The position numbers and the translations under genes are program-made. This document shows, one piece after another, positions 45,501 through 53,912 of a stretch of DNA of 64,000 nucleotides. Numbering within the stretch: position 1 is the first letter of the stretch; each line of letters opens with the position of its first letter. Under the pieces are notes generated by a model. The model saw only the letters and a program-made list of their open reading frames with translations, was not told where the DNA came from and made no database searches. The DNA lies in the NCBI GenBank assembly GCA_044226015.1, contig JBGAHS010000006.1:32001-96000 (forward strand), written 5' to 3'. Origin of the DNA: Candidatus Obscuribacteraceae bacterium. GTDB taxonomy: Bacteria > Cyanobacteriota > Vampirovibrionia > Obscuribacterales > Obscuribacteraceae.

Positions 45501-46098
45501 TAAGCGAAATTTTGCCAGCCAGATCTATCAGATGACAACAATCAATGGTGTATACGAGTTGGGAATCCACAGCTCAGAGAAGGACGGCAAAGATAGCGGT
45601 ACCAGATATGTTATGGGCGAAGTGCGTAGCAAAAAGATTCCTAATGGATCTGTTGACCTCGGTGAAGATCTTCTCGTAGATAAGAATGGAAAGATGATGA
45701 CGAGGAAAAATGGAGAGAGCATAGACGGTCCAGAATTCATCCAAGATGACAACGTCACAGCCGCGAAAATGGTGACTGGTGAAACCATGCCTTATCTGGA
45801 AGCACCATATTCTCTGCAAGGTGAAACTAAGAAGCACTACGACTTACCTACATCTGAACGCCTCCAAAAAGCCAAGGCAGAAGGTAAGTTCCCTCTCGGA
45901 GTTTCCACAATGGATGGAAATCACGTACAAACAATTCACGACGTTGTAGTTGACTCCAAAGGTTCAACCTGGGTTCTTCTGGATAATCAACATGGAAAGG
46001 CGAAAGATGGATGGGTTCCTCTTTCTGATCTCCACAAAACTCAGAGTTCTGATCTTGAGTTAGAACCGAAGCGAAGACCATCAGAACGTCCGCAATAG
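42583..46098 (+). CDS. Multidomain protein, 1171 aa: thioredoxin-like domain, YD/Rhs-like repeats, papain-like cysteine peptidase domain
   Basis: GANFCGNCPP (CxxC). Repeats such as YKRDDQGRVTETI and SDDQNRPIKVEYPSGSTRSFDY. DQGYHPTC...NHVQTI...LLDNQHG gives a Cys/His/Asn order. Confidence 0.8.
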   Translation: MAEIERLAKDDEEKKANQASSDLNSQYDFSRFSSENGGLPFGSSRVDRVADSLPSLNIDSAAINKQSAEHWSFNNSSEMLDRILSGSSLFTHENGSKKSAERVPSDRTGAVEDGKIPSKVILINTDNRSNSKSANDAKPSEAGKDSSVPKSDAGDSKNDSAEKKGPVKLPQEKFDTQDIKKAFQIAKENNLPVIVYKGANFCGNCPPVSHAIDKLADDIKKSPNTEAVVLKLNWEKAQEISKKDPELGKLIEEIMPLSGSSFPDVKVYNPNDTTKPLKDSNRYGGDAEFLKSLIKVGQDSFAQAQAEKPKEKSNDSKPEPGIRGNSDTKVEPKPIWTKPSDSSTNVFPKPVIDGLTDRSSVSRSSDTQHQGPSSLPDLSLSTVDSKAVKLDDGTYKRDDQGRVTETISADGKTKRSFKYEDAANPNRITSETINDKTTYKFIGTCKVNNQPHKIDGKEDNSYSIYEDGKLVGNWSGVRDISPNGVYAFKDDKMQNIEYRDASGQKLSDEERQHRDQGGIWPSEFQVATDNGSKLHAKLNGNRLESLTETKSENGQEKQIAWSRKGDLWTSNESPARERKNLTVDKQGNIRYDSVDGAIKHELLRDGNRTETNRDGIRTTFNKSEQLSEVRQANGDTKTLNYDGTSLVSINEKIAGTEKQWKRTAGTDDWSDGQKTETRRDIETRPDGSIRYKNADGQAVTEASDQARITSDDQNRPIKVEYPSGSTRSFDYTNGQLNSFTDKLIVAGKEQTSTWTRNGATGEFTSPGANGTTKSRSDINVSANGDYSYKSSDGKDHKNRAYDLERQARGEIIVGSESVQEARDNFIELARERGLKAERYEKYLNQLDATSKNYGSTPAQIGKALDSLSSILEADKGKYHSRAELDNLVETALHNIAYPADIDQGYHPTCNVTTTEIFAAAKHPDKYAELLKQVALTGEYMTSLGKAVHPPENALKPGRDEKNYNPDETNPQINKRNFASQIYQMTTINGVYELGIHSSEKDGKDSGTRYVMGEVRSKKIPNGSVDLGEDLLVDKNGKMMTRKNGESIDGPEFIQDDNVTAAKMVTGETMPYLEAPYSLQGETKKHYDLPTSERLQKAKAEGKFPLGVSTMDGNHVQTIHDVVVDSKGSTWVLLDNQHGKAKDGWVPLSDLHKTQSSDLELEPKRRPSERPQ

Positions 46099-46217
46099 TT
46101 TCTGTATGCAGAAAACTATTTGATTCTTGGTCTGTCAATTGAAGGCGGCTTCAAACTTAAGTGCTGAGAGGACTGTCCGTGCCTGCGGGTAGGATCGACC
46201 TGCATTTGCGTCCAGTC

Positions 46218-46997
46218 CTAACCGCCATGCGTGAATGGGCACACCCAACTTGAGTGTGAGCCGCCGCATTTTGAACAGTAATGTTCTGTAGCTGGTGTAT
46301 CGTTGTGAGGATACATTCCCGGCGGGGGGATTCCTTTGGGCTGATGGCGATAGAAGTCGGCATTTAGCTGTTTCATTGTGCCATTGCGCTTTTGGATCTC
46401 GTTCAAACAAGACGTCTTGAGCTGATTTGCTGCGGTGTTGTAAGAGCTATTTGCCATGCCGAGTACTCGGTCGCATTCCATAATTGAGTTTTGCAGTGGT
46501 TGAAAATTGAACTGGTTTGGAATGCTACTATTGATGCCCAGTCGGTTTGCTAGAGCAGCCGTCATTCCTGTAGCGGGCAAAGAAGACTCTGTCTTGTACA
46601 AAACTGCAATCTGGTAATGCCATTTTGGATTTTGCGGATCCCAATTGGAGAGTGAGCTCAGCAATCTTTTTTCCGCTTCAATAAGTTTGCTGCAAGATGA
46701 ATAGTCCTTCTTTGCCAACGAAGCTTTGAGCTTTGTGTCTATTAAGTCTGCTTTGCTGCTGGCTATCTGTATGAAGTAGCTTCCAGTCTGCTGCGAAGAA
46801 CGCATAAGCGTGCAAGCTTCAACTATTCTGTTGGCTCCCATCTCATAGTCATTCTGTTGAAAGAAAGTTTCTGCCTCAAGCAATCGGCGTTCTGCCATCG
46901 CATCGGTTCGTGATTGGGCAGAAGCTTCTGCTGAGTTAAGCAGAAGAACAAATAAAGCACACAGAACTCGAAGCAAATTATTCTTCATTTCTTTCAA
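46218..46997 (-). CDS. Secreted helical (TPR-like) protein with a C-terminal CxxC-H-C motif, about 259 aa
   Basis: Signal peptide (ASA-QS), DPQNPKWHYQIA TPR-like turn, and a HYCSKCGGSHSSWVC terminus. The start may instead be the ATG at 46988. Confidence 0.7.
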   Translation of the reverse strand: MKEMKNNLLRVLCALFVLLLNSAEASAQSRTDAMAERRLLEAETFFQQNDYEMGANRIVEACTLMRSSQQTGSYFIQIASSKADLIDTKLKASLAKKDYSSCSKLIEAEKRLLSSLSNWDPQNPKWHYQIAVLYKTESSLPATGMTAALANRLGINSSIPNQFNFQPLQNSIMECDRVLGMANSSYNTAANQLKTSCLNEIQKRNGTMKQLNADFYRHQPKGIPPPGMYPHNDTPATEHYCSKCGGSHSSWVCPFTHGG

Positions 46998-47030
46998 CTT
47001 TAGGAGAGCAAATCTGGTGTGTTCAGCACA

Positions 47031-48191
47031 TCAGTTTGATTTTCTTGTTTTTGGCAATATGAATGAACGTCCGGTATCAGTTGTTACCTGTTCATAATCT
47101 GGATCGACTTCGCTCCATTTTTTCTTGATATCGCCATGAATTTCGGAGACTCTTCCGTTGATGATGAATGTGTTAGTGCTAAGTCTTGGATTCCAGACCT
47201 TGTCTCCGGTCTTTTCATAGAGAGCTTTCGGTACTTCCATTTCAACTCTATGAGATGTCGTCAGATTGGTCAGATGCTTAGTCCAGTCAAAAGTGAAACT
47301 GGAATTGCTTATCTCTACATCAACAAAATATCTGTTCATCGGTTGCCTGGCAACAATCTTCATATCCGAGATTGGCTTTTCAGAGATATATGTGTGAGTT
47401 GAGCCAGCATAAGGCGTATCTAAAAGCGTTCGCCCCTGTCTTTGAAGTTCAGCTTTTAATTCGTTGTACAAAGGCGCAGTAAGATTGTGAGGCTTGTTTT
47501 GTCCATCGACCCAATTGTAATTTTTCTCAATCCGTTTGTCTGATACAGAGACGCTATAGCTGCCGTACTTATCGTTTAGAAGCGCACCCATAACATCGAA
47601 CTTTGTCGATAGCGTTTGACCCTTTTGATATTTATCAAACTGCCTTTCGCCAACCAACGTTGTTCTATACTCGGCTTTAGCTGCGTTTTCAACATGTTCC
47701 CAGAAGTCCAGTGAGTAGCTGGTTTTCTGCATTTTCAAATCAACGAGGTACATGCGTTCTTCGTTGAGTTCTTGGGCATTTTTCACTACGTCTTCATAAT
47801 TCTTACTTGCGAAATCATCATTGACTGATTTAATCATTCTGTCATTCGGTGATGCGCTCGCTTTGGCATTAAAAGCATCCATATCTTTTGAACTGATGCC
47901 TTTGCTGTCCGAGAATACGAGAAAGCCCGATTCATCTCGATTGAGTCGCTGTATCTCTCTAGCGTTTTTGCTTAAGGCGTCTGCTTGTCTGTATTCACGG
48001 CTGATTTGATTGAACTGAGTTCTGAAACTGTCCAGTTCTCTGCCGCTTACAAATCCATTTTTGTCAGTATCGATTTTATCTTTGTTGTTGTCGTAAAAGG
48101 ATTTGAGGCTTTTCGCTGATAGAGCTTCATCTTCCAAATTCAAAATTGGTTTGGAAGGTGAGACAGCGGTTCTGCTAGATAATCCATCCAT
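47031..48191 (-). CDS. EF-hand-containing protein with a duplicated C-terminal domain, 386 aa
   Basis: DTDKNGFVSGRE is a canonical EF loop. YLVDLKMQKTSYSLDFWEHVEN and YFVDVEISNSSFTFDWTKHLTN form an internal repeat. Confidence 0.75.
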   Translation of the reverse strand: MDGLSSRTAVSPSKPILNLEDEALSAKSLKSFYDNNKDKIDTDKNGFVSGRELDSFRTQFNQISREYRQADALSKNAREIQRLNRDESGFLVFSDSKGISSKDMDAFNAKASASPNDRMIKSVNDDFASKNYEDVVKNAQELNEERMYLVDLKMQKTSYSLDFWEHVENAAKAEYRTTLVGERQFDKYQKGQTLSTKFDVMGALLNDKYGSYSVSVSDKRIEKNYNWVDGQNKPHNLTAPLYNELKAELQRQGRTLLDTPYAGSTHTYISEKPISDMKIVARQPMNRYFVDVEISNSSFTFDWTKHLTNLTTSHRVEMEVPKALYEKTGDKVWNPRLSTNTFIINGRVSEIHGDIKKKWSEVDPDYEQVTTDTGRSFILPKTRKSN

Positions 48192-48537
48192 GCTTCTTTT
48201 CCCTCATCGATTCAACAAACGATGTGCAAAATTTATCCGCGCTCAAGTTTCCAAACTATACGTGAAATACGCACGAAAGGTCGCGAATGCTCTGAAACAC
48301 GGAAAACCCATAATCTGCAAGCTATTAAACTTAGTAAATAACTTGAGGCGCTGTTACATTACTATCAAACAACCCTGCATTGTTAACGAGCGCTTAGCTT
48401 TGCTGCGCGGAGCTAAAGCGTTTTCCCCACAAATTCCTCACGCAGTCCTAAGGTTTTGTTCGCTTTTGGGACGCAATTACTCACAAGTTCCTCAGCTAAA
48501 AACGGTTTACTAAGAGTATCAGCACGAGGACAGGACA

Positions 48538-48879
48538 ATGAAATTTATAGCAGTATTGATGACTTTAACCGTTTTGGCTTTCTTTCCTATGGCTGCTTCA
48601 GCCCAGGGGTTCGGAAACAGTTTGAACATCAATTTGAATGACGCTATGGTGATGCAACGCAATCAGCAAATGTCTGAACTCTTGAATAATCCAAATACAG
48701 CATCGCTCTTCACGCACAAGAAGCACCATCAAAAGCGCGATAAGAAGAACAAGGACGCGATGGTAGCAAAAATGAATGGCGATGACAGCACGAACGCTAA
48801 GGTCCCGGTTCTCAAAGGCTCTGTTGAAACCGACTCCGTGCAAATCAGTCACAATGTCGACCTTCCAGCAGGAAACTAG
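48538..48879 (+). CDS. Small secreted hypothetical protein, 113 aa
   Basis: AGGA RBS, clear signal peptide (ASA-QG), terminator downstream. Confidence 0.75.
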   Translation: MKFIAVLMTLTVLAFFPMAASAQGFGNSLNINLNDAMVMQRNQQMSELLNNPNTASLFTHKKHHQKRDKKNKDAMVAKMNGDDSTNAKVPVLKGSVETDSVQISHNVDLPAGN

Positions 48880-48904
48880 GTTCCCTCTTGCTAGAAGTTA
48901 GGCT

Positions 48905-48940
48905 AAAAGCAGGCAACAGTGCAGTGCGTTGCCTGCTTTT
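48905..48940. terminator. Bidirectional rho-independent terminator
   Basis: AAAAGCAGGCAAC...GTTGCCTGCTTTT between convergent genes. Confidence 0.8.
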
Positions 48941-51752
48941 ACATTTGCTTTGGGCATTTTTTTTGCTTGAGTCTTCGCATCAATCCGCCGAAGAAAATCA
49001 GGAATATGATGCTTGCTGCAATGGCAATTTTTATTGCATCACCAAGTGACCTTGGAGCGTAGTTCAAAGATACTTGATGCCTGCCAGCATCTATAAGTAC
49101 TCCTCTGTTTAGCAAATTGACTTTCAGGCTATTTACTTCTTTACCATCTACTGTGACAGTCCACCCCGGATAAAAGTGGTCAGCGATTACGAGCACTTTT
49201 GGTGTTTTACTTTCGACTGAAACTGTGAATGATTGACCATTATCGAAAGCAATGAAGGCTGCGTCTTCGGCATTATTTGGATTCTGCTTATCGGAAGTTT
49301 TGTGATTAGTGCTTTCATGTTGATCAGGGGATTCACCGATATTCTTGCTTGAAGAATTTGCCGTTTCGGAGTTATTTGAAAGGCTCTCAAAGAAGAGTTT
49401 GTTTTTCAATTTGTCGCGATTCAGAATGTATGTAATGTCTCTTGAGGCATCAAGTGTTTGGGTCTGCGGAACATCTTCTGGCGAACAAACTACCTTTTCG
49501 AGATCCTTGAAAGACTCCACGAAACACAGGTTACTTGTGAGATAAACGCGCGGTCTGGGGTTGAGTACACGATAAACTCGGAAGTTCATTTTTCTATTTG
49601 ACTTCACAAGTTCAAATTTTTTAGGGTCGAGAATTGGAATACTATAATATGGATGCAGTTTATAGATTTGCGAGTTGGCAAACTCCGTTGCTGTTAGAGC
49701 GCAGAACCTGTGAAGCGGTAAATCGCTGATCGTTCTTTTCTCGCCATCTTTTCGCTGATGTTGGCTAGAGCTCAGATAGACGTCTGTGTAGCAGTTTTTG
49801 TAATCTGCCGTTTCTGCAGCTTCATAGCCGTAGCTGGAATGGAATCTTGCATCCATTATCGATTGATAGAGCAGTACTTCTCTGCAGTACTGAAAAAAAC
49901 TCTCGTCAAACTCGCAGTTTCGATAGTACTCATATGTTTCGGGTACGCTAACAGGGTCGAAGAACAGATTTAACACTCTTGATGCAGACCTGCCGCTATT
50001 TCTACTTGCTGTTGCACCATATTTGGTATCGTTTCGTAACTCTTCGATCGTGCTTGCAACGCTACTTTTGTGCTCGTAAAAGCCGAACTTCGTGTAGTTA
50101 CTAAAAGTCCAGCTAGACTGAATCAGAGCGATAATCGTCATGACTGTGATCAAAGAGATCGACAGTTCCGGTTTTAGCTTATTCTTCAGTGCTCCGTAAA
50201 CAAGAAGGCAGCATATCAGCCCTAAAACCGCTGCACCTTGAATCGAGTCTGCAAGCATATATTGTGTTGATTTAACCAGGCTCAACTCTGGAGTCTTGTG
50301 AAAAAGAAAACTGAGTTTTGTAGCTTCGAATCCAATTTGTGGGAAATATCCAAGTATAAAACCGAGTATTAAAAGCGTGGTCCATGTAATCGACGCAGAT
50401 TTGAGAGCTAGTGCTGGAATTCTCCTCTTAAGCAGCATTTCTGAACCTAAGGCAGCCAGCAGAATTAGGCTGAGGCAAGGAAAAATAAGCAGCTTCACCG
50501 GGTAGCGTAAAGAGGCCAGTGCACTAGATAGTTTCACTATTGAAGGAGCAAATGGCGTATAGTTTCCTGCTGCCATGAGACTGAATCCTAAAAATATCAA
50601 AATAGACAGTCTCTTAAGTTGATTCTTGCGATCAAACAGCGCAAAGAATGCAAGTGTCACCACGAATGGTGACAGGTAAGCGGAGCTCAAAAACGGTAAA
50701 TGAGAGCCTCGACTTAACACCATCTGTCTGATGTGAGCTGCCTGGTCTGTGAGGCGGCAAAGATCACCAAATGGGTTTGACAAAACGATGCAGAGAAAAT
50801 CAAACCAATTGGCACTCCATGTGAAGACCCATTTCAGAGCCATGCCTTGAGAGCGAGGAGAGAGAGCCGTCCATTCCACACCCGGAAATACCGTTGGTAA
50901 TGCCCAGGCAATTCCCAAAACAATGCAAGCTAATCTAATAACGGTGCTCAACACGAGATGCTTGTCTATTTCTGGACTGAGCACTTCAGCAGAGTTAGAA
51001 GCCGATTCGCTCGTAGCATCGTCCTTCCGGTTCTGATTTCCTTTTGCAAGTCTGGTCTGGAAAATTTCAACAAACAGAGACCAGACACAAGCAACACCGA
51101 TCAATAGCAGCTCTGGTACGCCGACCTCTGGTCGACCTACATAAACAAGCATTGAAACGCAGAAAGCTAGACCTAGCATCCAACCGAAGGAATGCCAGCC
51201 ATTTTTTGCATGGATTTTTCTGCAGAAATACAGAGCAAGAGGAAACCAAGCCATCGAACCTGGCAGTGTGAAATTTCGCAGGAAAGAGAAGTTGTATGCA
51301 CACAGCGTCAGAACAGACGATGCAAATATTGAAGATGCACGAGTAAAACGCAAGTCTCTAAGCAAAAGATACGAGCCCAAACCCATTAGTGACTGATGGA
51401 AGAGCATGTAGCAGCCGAGTCCACAGGAAAAAGGAAGCAAGAACATAAACCAACTCGGTGGGTAAAACATTCCTGGTGACGGCGTCGCTATCTGAGACAT
51501 GCCTGCGTAAAGCATGGGATTCCACATGGCTAGAATCCCTTTTCTTGCATTTTCACCGATGAATCGGCTAAATGGCTCAAAGTAAAAGGTCAGGTCAGAG
51601 CAATAGACGTCCGCGTTGCAGGAAATCAGCGGACCGTAATAAAAGAGCAGTCCACAGCCTGCAGCGAGAGCCAGCACTAGGGTCCATCTGACGTTCAAGT
51701 CAGATGGCTGGTTCTCGTTGACGATGCCAATTTCTTCCATGACATCAGCCAT
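48939..51752 (-). CDS. YfhO-family (GT-C-like) integral membrane protein, 937 aa
   Basis: N-terminal DLTFYFEP...WNPMLYAG...FYPP, many TM segments, and the C-terminal LVIADHFYPGWTVTVDG...RGVLIDAGRHQVSLNYAP signature. Confidence 0.85.
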   Translation of the reverse strand: MADVMEEIGIVNENQPSDLNVRWTLVLALAAGCGLLFYYGPLISCNADVYCSDLTFYFEPFSRFIGENARKGILAMWNPMLYAGMSQIATPSPGMFYPPSWFMFLLPFSCGLGCYMLFHQSLMGLGSYLLLRDLRFTRASSIFASSVLTLCAYNFSFLRNFTLPGSMAWFPLALYFCRKIHAKNGWHSFGWMLGLAFCVSMLVYVGRPEVGVPELLLIGVACVWSLFVEIFQTRLAKGNQNRKDDATSESASNSAEVLSPEIDKHLVLSTVIRLACIVLGIAWALPTVFPGVEWTALSPRSQGMALKWVFTWSANWFDFLCIVLSNPFGDLCRLTDQAAHIRQMVLSRGSHLPFLSSAYLSPFVVTLAFFALFDRKNQLKRLSILIFLGFSLMAAGNYTPFAPSIVKLSSALASLRYPVKLLIFPCLSLILLAALGSEMLLKRRIPALALKSASITWTTLLILGFILGYFPQIGFEATKLSFLFHKTPELSLVKSTQYMLADSIQGAAVLGLICCLLVYGALKNKLKPELSISLITVMTIIALIQSSWTFSNYTKFGFYEHKSSVASTIEELRNDTKYGATASRNSGRSASRVLNLFFDPVSVPETYEYYRNCEFDESFFQYCREVLLYQSIMDARFHSSYGYEAAETADYKNCYTDVYLSSSQHQRKDGEKRTISDLPLHRFCALTATEFANSQIYKLHPYYSIPILDPKKFELVKSNRKMNFRVYRVLNPRPRVYLTSNLCFVESFKDLEKVVCSPEDVPQTQTLDASRDITYILNRDKLKNKLFFESLSNNSETANSSSKNIGESPDQHESTNHKTSDKQNPNNAEDAAFIAFDNGQSFTVSVESKTPKVLVIADHFYPGWTVTVDGKEVNSLKVNLLNRGVLIDAGRHQVSLNYAPRSLGDAIKIAIAASIIFLIFFGGLMRRLKQKKCPKQM

Positions 51753-51764
51753 GAATTTGCTGGG

Positions 51765-53327
51765 CTAATTGTTGCTGCTGTCTTGCTGTGGCAACTGACC
51801 AATAGTTTGAGTTTTGTTCAAACCGATGTTCTGTGGCTGGCTAAGAGAATTCACTGCCTTGTTTGAGAAATCGACGAGTGGCGTGACCATCGAAGTTCCA
51901 GCAGCAATGATGCCAATGAGGCTGACTGCCAGAGCGAGAACTGGACCGACTTGTGAATCGCCAAGAGGACGACGAGTCTCTGGCAGCGCATTCACTCTGG
52001 CAGATGGTTCACGCACAATCATCTTGATGGCAACGCGAGTGTAGTAGAACACTGCTGGAATGGATGTGACCAGACCAGCAATCACCAGCGTATTGCCCAG
52101 GGTCGAATACATCTGTATGCCTGACCAGAATACAAAAAACTTAGCCAGGAAGCCTGCCGGAGGAACTGGTAGTCCACCCAGATTGAGTAAGCAGACAGTC
52201 ATAGCAACAGCAACAAATGGGCGTTTGCGAATCAAACCACACCAGTCTTCCATGTCGTCACTTCCGACTTCGTTTTCGATCATTATCGCTGCGGTGAATG
52301 CGCCAAGATTCATCAGACCGTAAACAATAATATAGAAGAACACCGCACCAAGAGATTCATGGGTGTTTGCACAGAAGGCTATCAAAAAGTAGCCGACGTG
52401 GGCTATTGATGAGTAAGCGAGCATGCGCTTTACGGAACGTTGGCAGAGAGCGATGAGATTGCCTGCAACCATAGAAAGTATTGCAAGTATGCCGAGTAAT
52501 GGCACCCAGTTTGCAGATGCTGCTCCGAAAACTGTCGTGAGCAAGCGCAGTGCAACAACAAGCCCCCCTAGCTTCGAGCCTACAGAAAGGAATGCTGTCA
52601 CTGGCGTCGGTGCGCCTTCATATACGTCAGGAGTCCACATGTGGAACGGAACGATAGATAACTTAAATCCAATTACACTGATCAACAGTGTCATAAGAAG
52701 CATTGCCACCAGTGATGGTGATTGAGCTACCTGGTAAAACTTCGACTGAATCGAATCGTAGTCAGTGAAACCAGTCAATCCATATAAGAAGGTTAGACCA
52801 TACATGAACGTGGCAGTGGTAGCGGCAGTTGATAGCAGATATTTCAAAGCCGCTTCGTTGCTACGTATGTCTCTTTTGGTCATGCCGGACATAAGGACGC
52901 AACATATAGTAAGTGTTTCTAACGAGACGAACAGCATAACGAGGTCCGTGGTTCCGGCAAGGAACATCACTGACAGCACTGCCGTCAAAAGTATTGCGTA
53001 GTATTCGCCTTTGTTAGGACCGAACTTTCGCTCGTATCCCATACTCATGAGGACGCACACCGCACCAACCAGACAAGTTACTAAGCCAACGCTAGTTGTG
53101 AGCAGGTCTCCTGTGTAGATTTTCATCAGGATGCTTGCGCTCTTGAGGTCGAGCTGACCGAGGTATATCGCGGCTGCAGCTACGAGACTCAGCACTGCGG
53201 CAATCGGGGTGACTTGTTTCAGCTTCGGGAAAAACAAATTCCAAAGAGCTGCAACGATAATGCCCGCGATCACAATCATATGTGGCGCCAGCCAGGGGAA
53301 AATTCCGGAGAATATTTGTGTGTTCAT
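51765..53327 (-). CDS. nuoN: NADH-quinone oxidoreductase subunit N (NdhB/ND2)
   Basis: EAALKYLL, GFKLSIVPFHMWTPDVYEGAPTPVTAFLS, KRMLAYSSIAHVGY and PPAGFLAKF motifs. Confidence 0.95.
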   Translation of the reverse strand: MNTQIFSGIFPWLAPHMIVIAGIIVAALWNLFFPKLKQVTPIAAVLSLVAAAAIYLGQLDLKSASILMKIYTGDLLTTSVGLVTCLVGAVCVLMSMGYERKFGPNKGEYYAILLTAVLSVMFLAGTTDLVMLFVSLETLTICCVLMSGMTKRDIRSNEAALKYLLSTAATTATFMYGLTFLYGLTGFTDYDSIQSKFYQVAQSPSLVAMLLMTLLISVIGFKLSIVPFHMWTPDVYEGAPTPVTAFLSVGSKLGGLVVALRLLTTVFGAASANWVPLLGILAILSMVAGNLIALCQRSVKRMLAYSSIAHVGYFLIAFCANTHESLGAVFFYIIVYGLMNLGAFTAAIMIENEVGSDDMEDWCGLIRKRPFVAVAMTVCLLNLGGLPVPPAGFLAKFFVFWSGIQMYSTLGNTLVIAGLVTSIPAVFYYTRVAIKMIVREPSARVNALPETRRPLGDSQVGPVLALAVSLIGIIAAGTSMVTPLVDFSNKAVNSLSQPQNIGLNKTQTIGQLPQQDSSNN

Positions 53328-53579
53328 GAACCTAGATTCTGCCTTTCACGTTCGAACTGACTTATTCTACAGATTTATGATTTCCAAGATGTAAGTCCGC
53401 AGGGGCTAGAAAAGTAGTTAGCTTTTTCATCAACAGCAAGGCACGCTGTGACGCCATTTCAGGCGTTAGCGGAAAACTTAAACCTCTCCAAGCATTCAAA
53501 ACTTCGAAACAGTCGAGCAGAAGACTGCCCTGATAGATATACTACGTGACCCTTGATATAAAGGTAGTGAAGCTGAGTT

Positions 53580-53900
53580 ATGTTGACATTCGCCGCTCAG
53601 AGTTCTTGGATTTCGCTCAGGATGAGAGTTGTTGACAATCATGTAGACAAAGATTTCTCTAGAGTTCTCACTGAAATACAGTCGGAAACCCCTGAATTCA
53701 GTGCCTGTCGGGACGCGCAGGGAACTGACGCTGACAAGAGTACTAAGCGCTTAGATAGAAATCAGCAAGAGGCGCCTTGTACAAGCTTTATAATTGAACT
53801 TGCGGCTTGTCAACGGTGCCATTCAAGGCGTTCACGGGTTAGCAACGTTCCCAGGAAGAAACCTGGTTGCGACACTATAAGTTCAGCAGTGGCAGCATAA
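53580..53900 (+). CDS. Possible hypothetical protein, 106 aa
   Basis: ATG ORF ending 12 nt before carA. No recognisable motif; may be non-coding leader. Confidence 0.25.
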   Translation: MLTFAAQSSWISLRMRVVDNHVDKDFSRVLTEIQSETPEFSACRDAQGTDADKSTKRLDRNQQEAPCTSFIIELAACQRCHSRRSRVSNVPRKKPGCDTISSAVAA

Positions 53901-53912
53901 GGTGTAAAACAA

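Noticed and set aside
42583..46098. Classical Rhs toxin-immunity locus
   Set aside because: The repeats are few and degenerate, the Rhs core cleavage motif is absent, and the downstream gene is convergent.
53328..53912. PyrR-type attenuator or other ncRNA upstream of carA
   Set aside because: No recognisable PyrR binding loop or terminator with a U-tract. Left as an uncertain ORF or promoter region.
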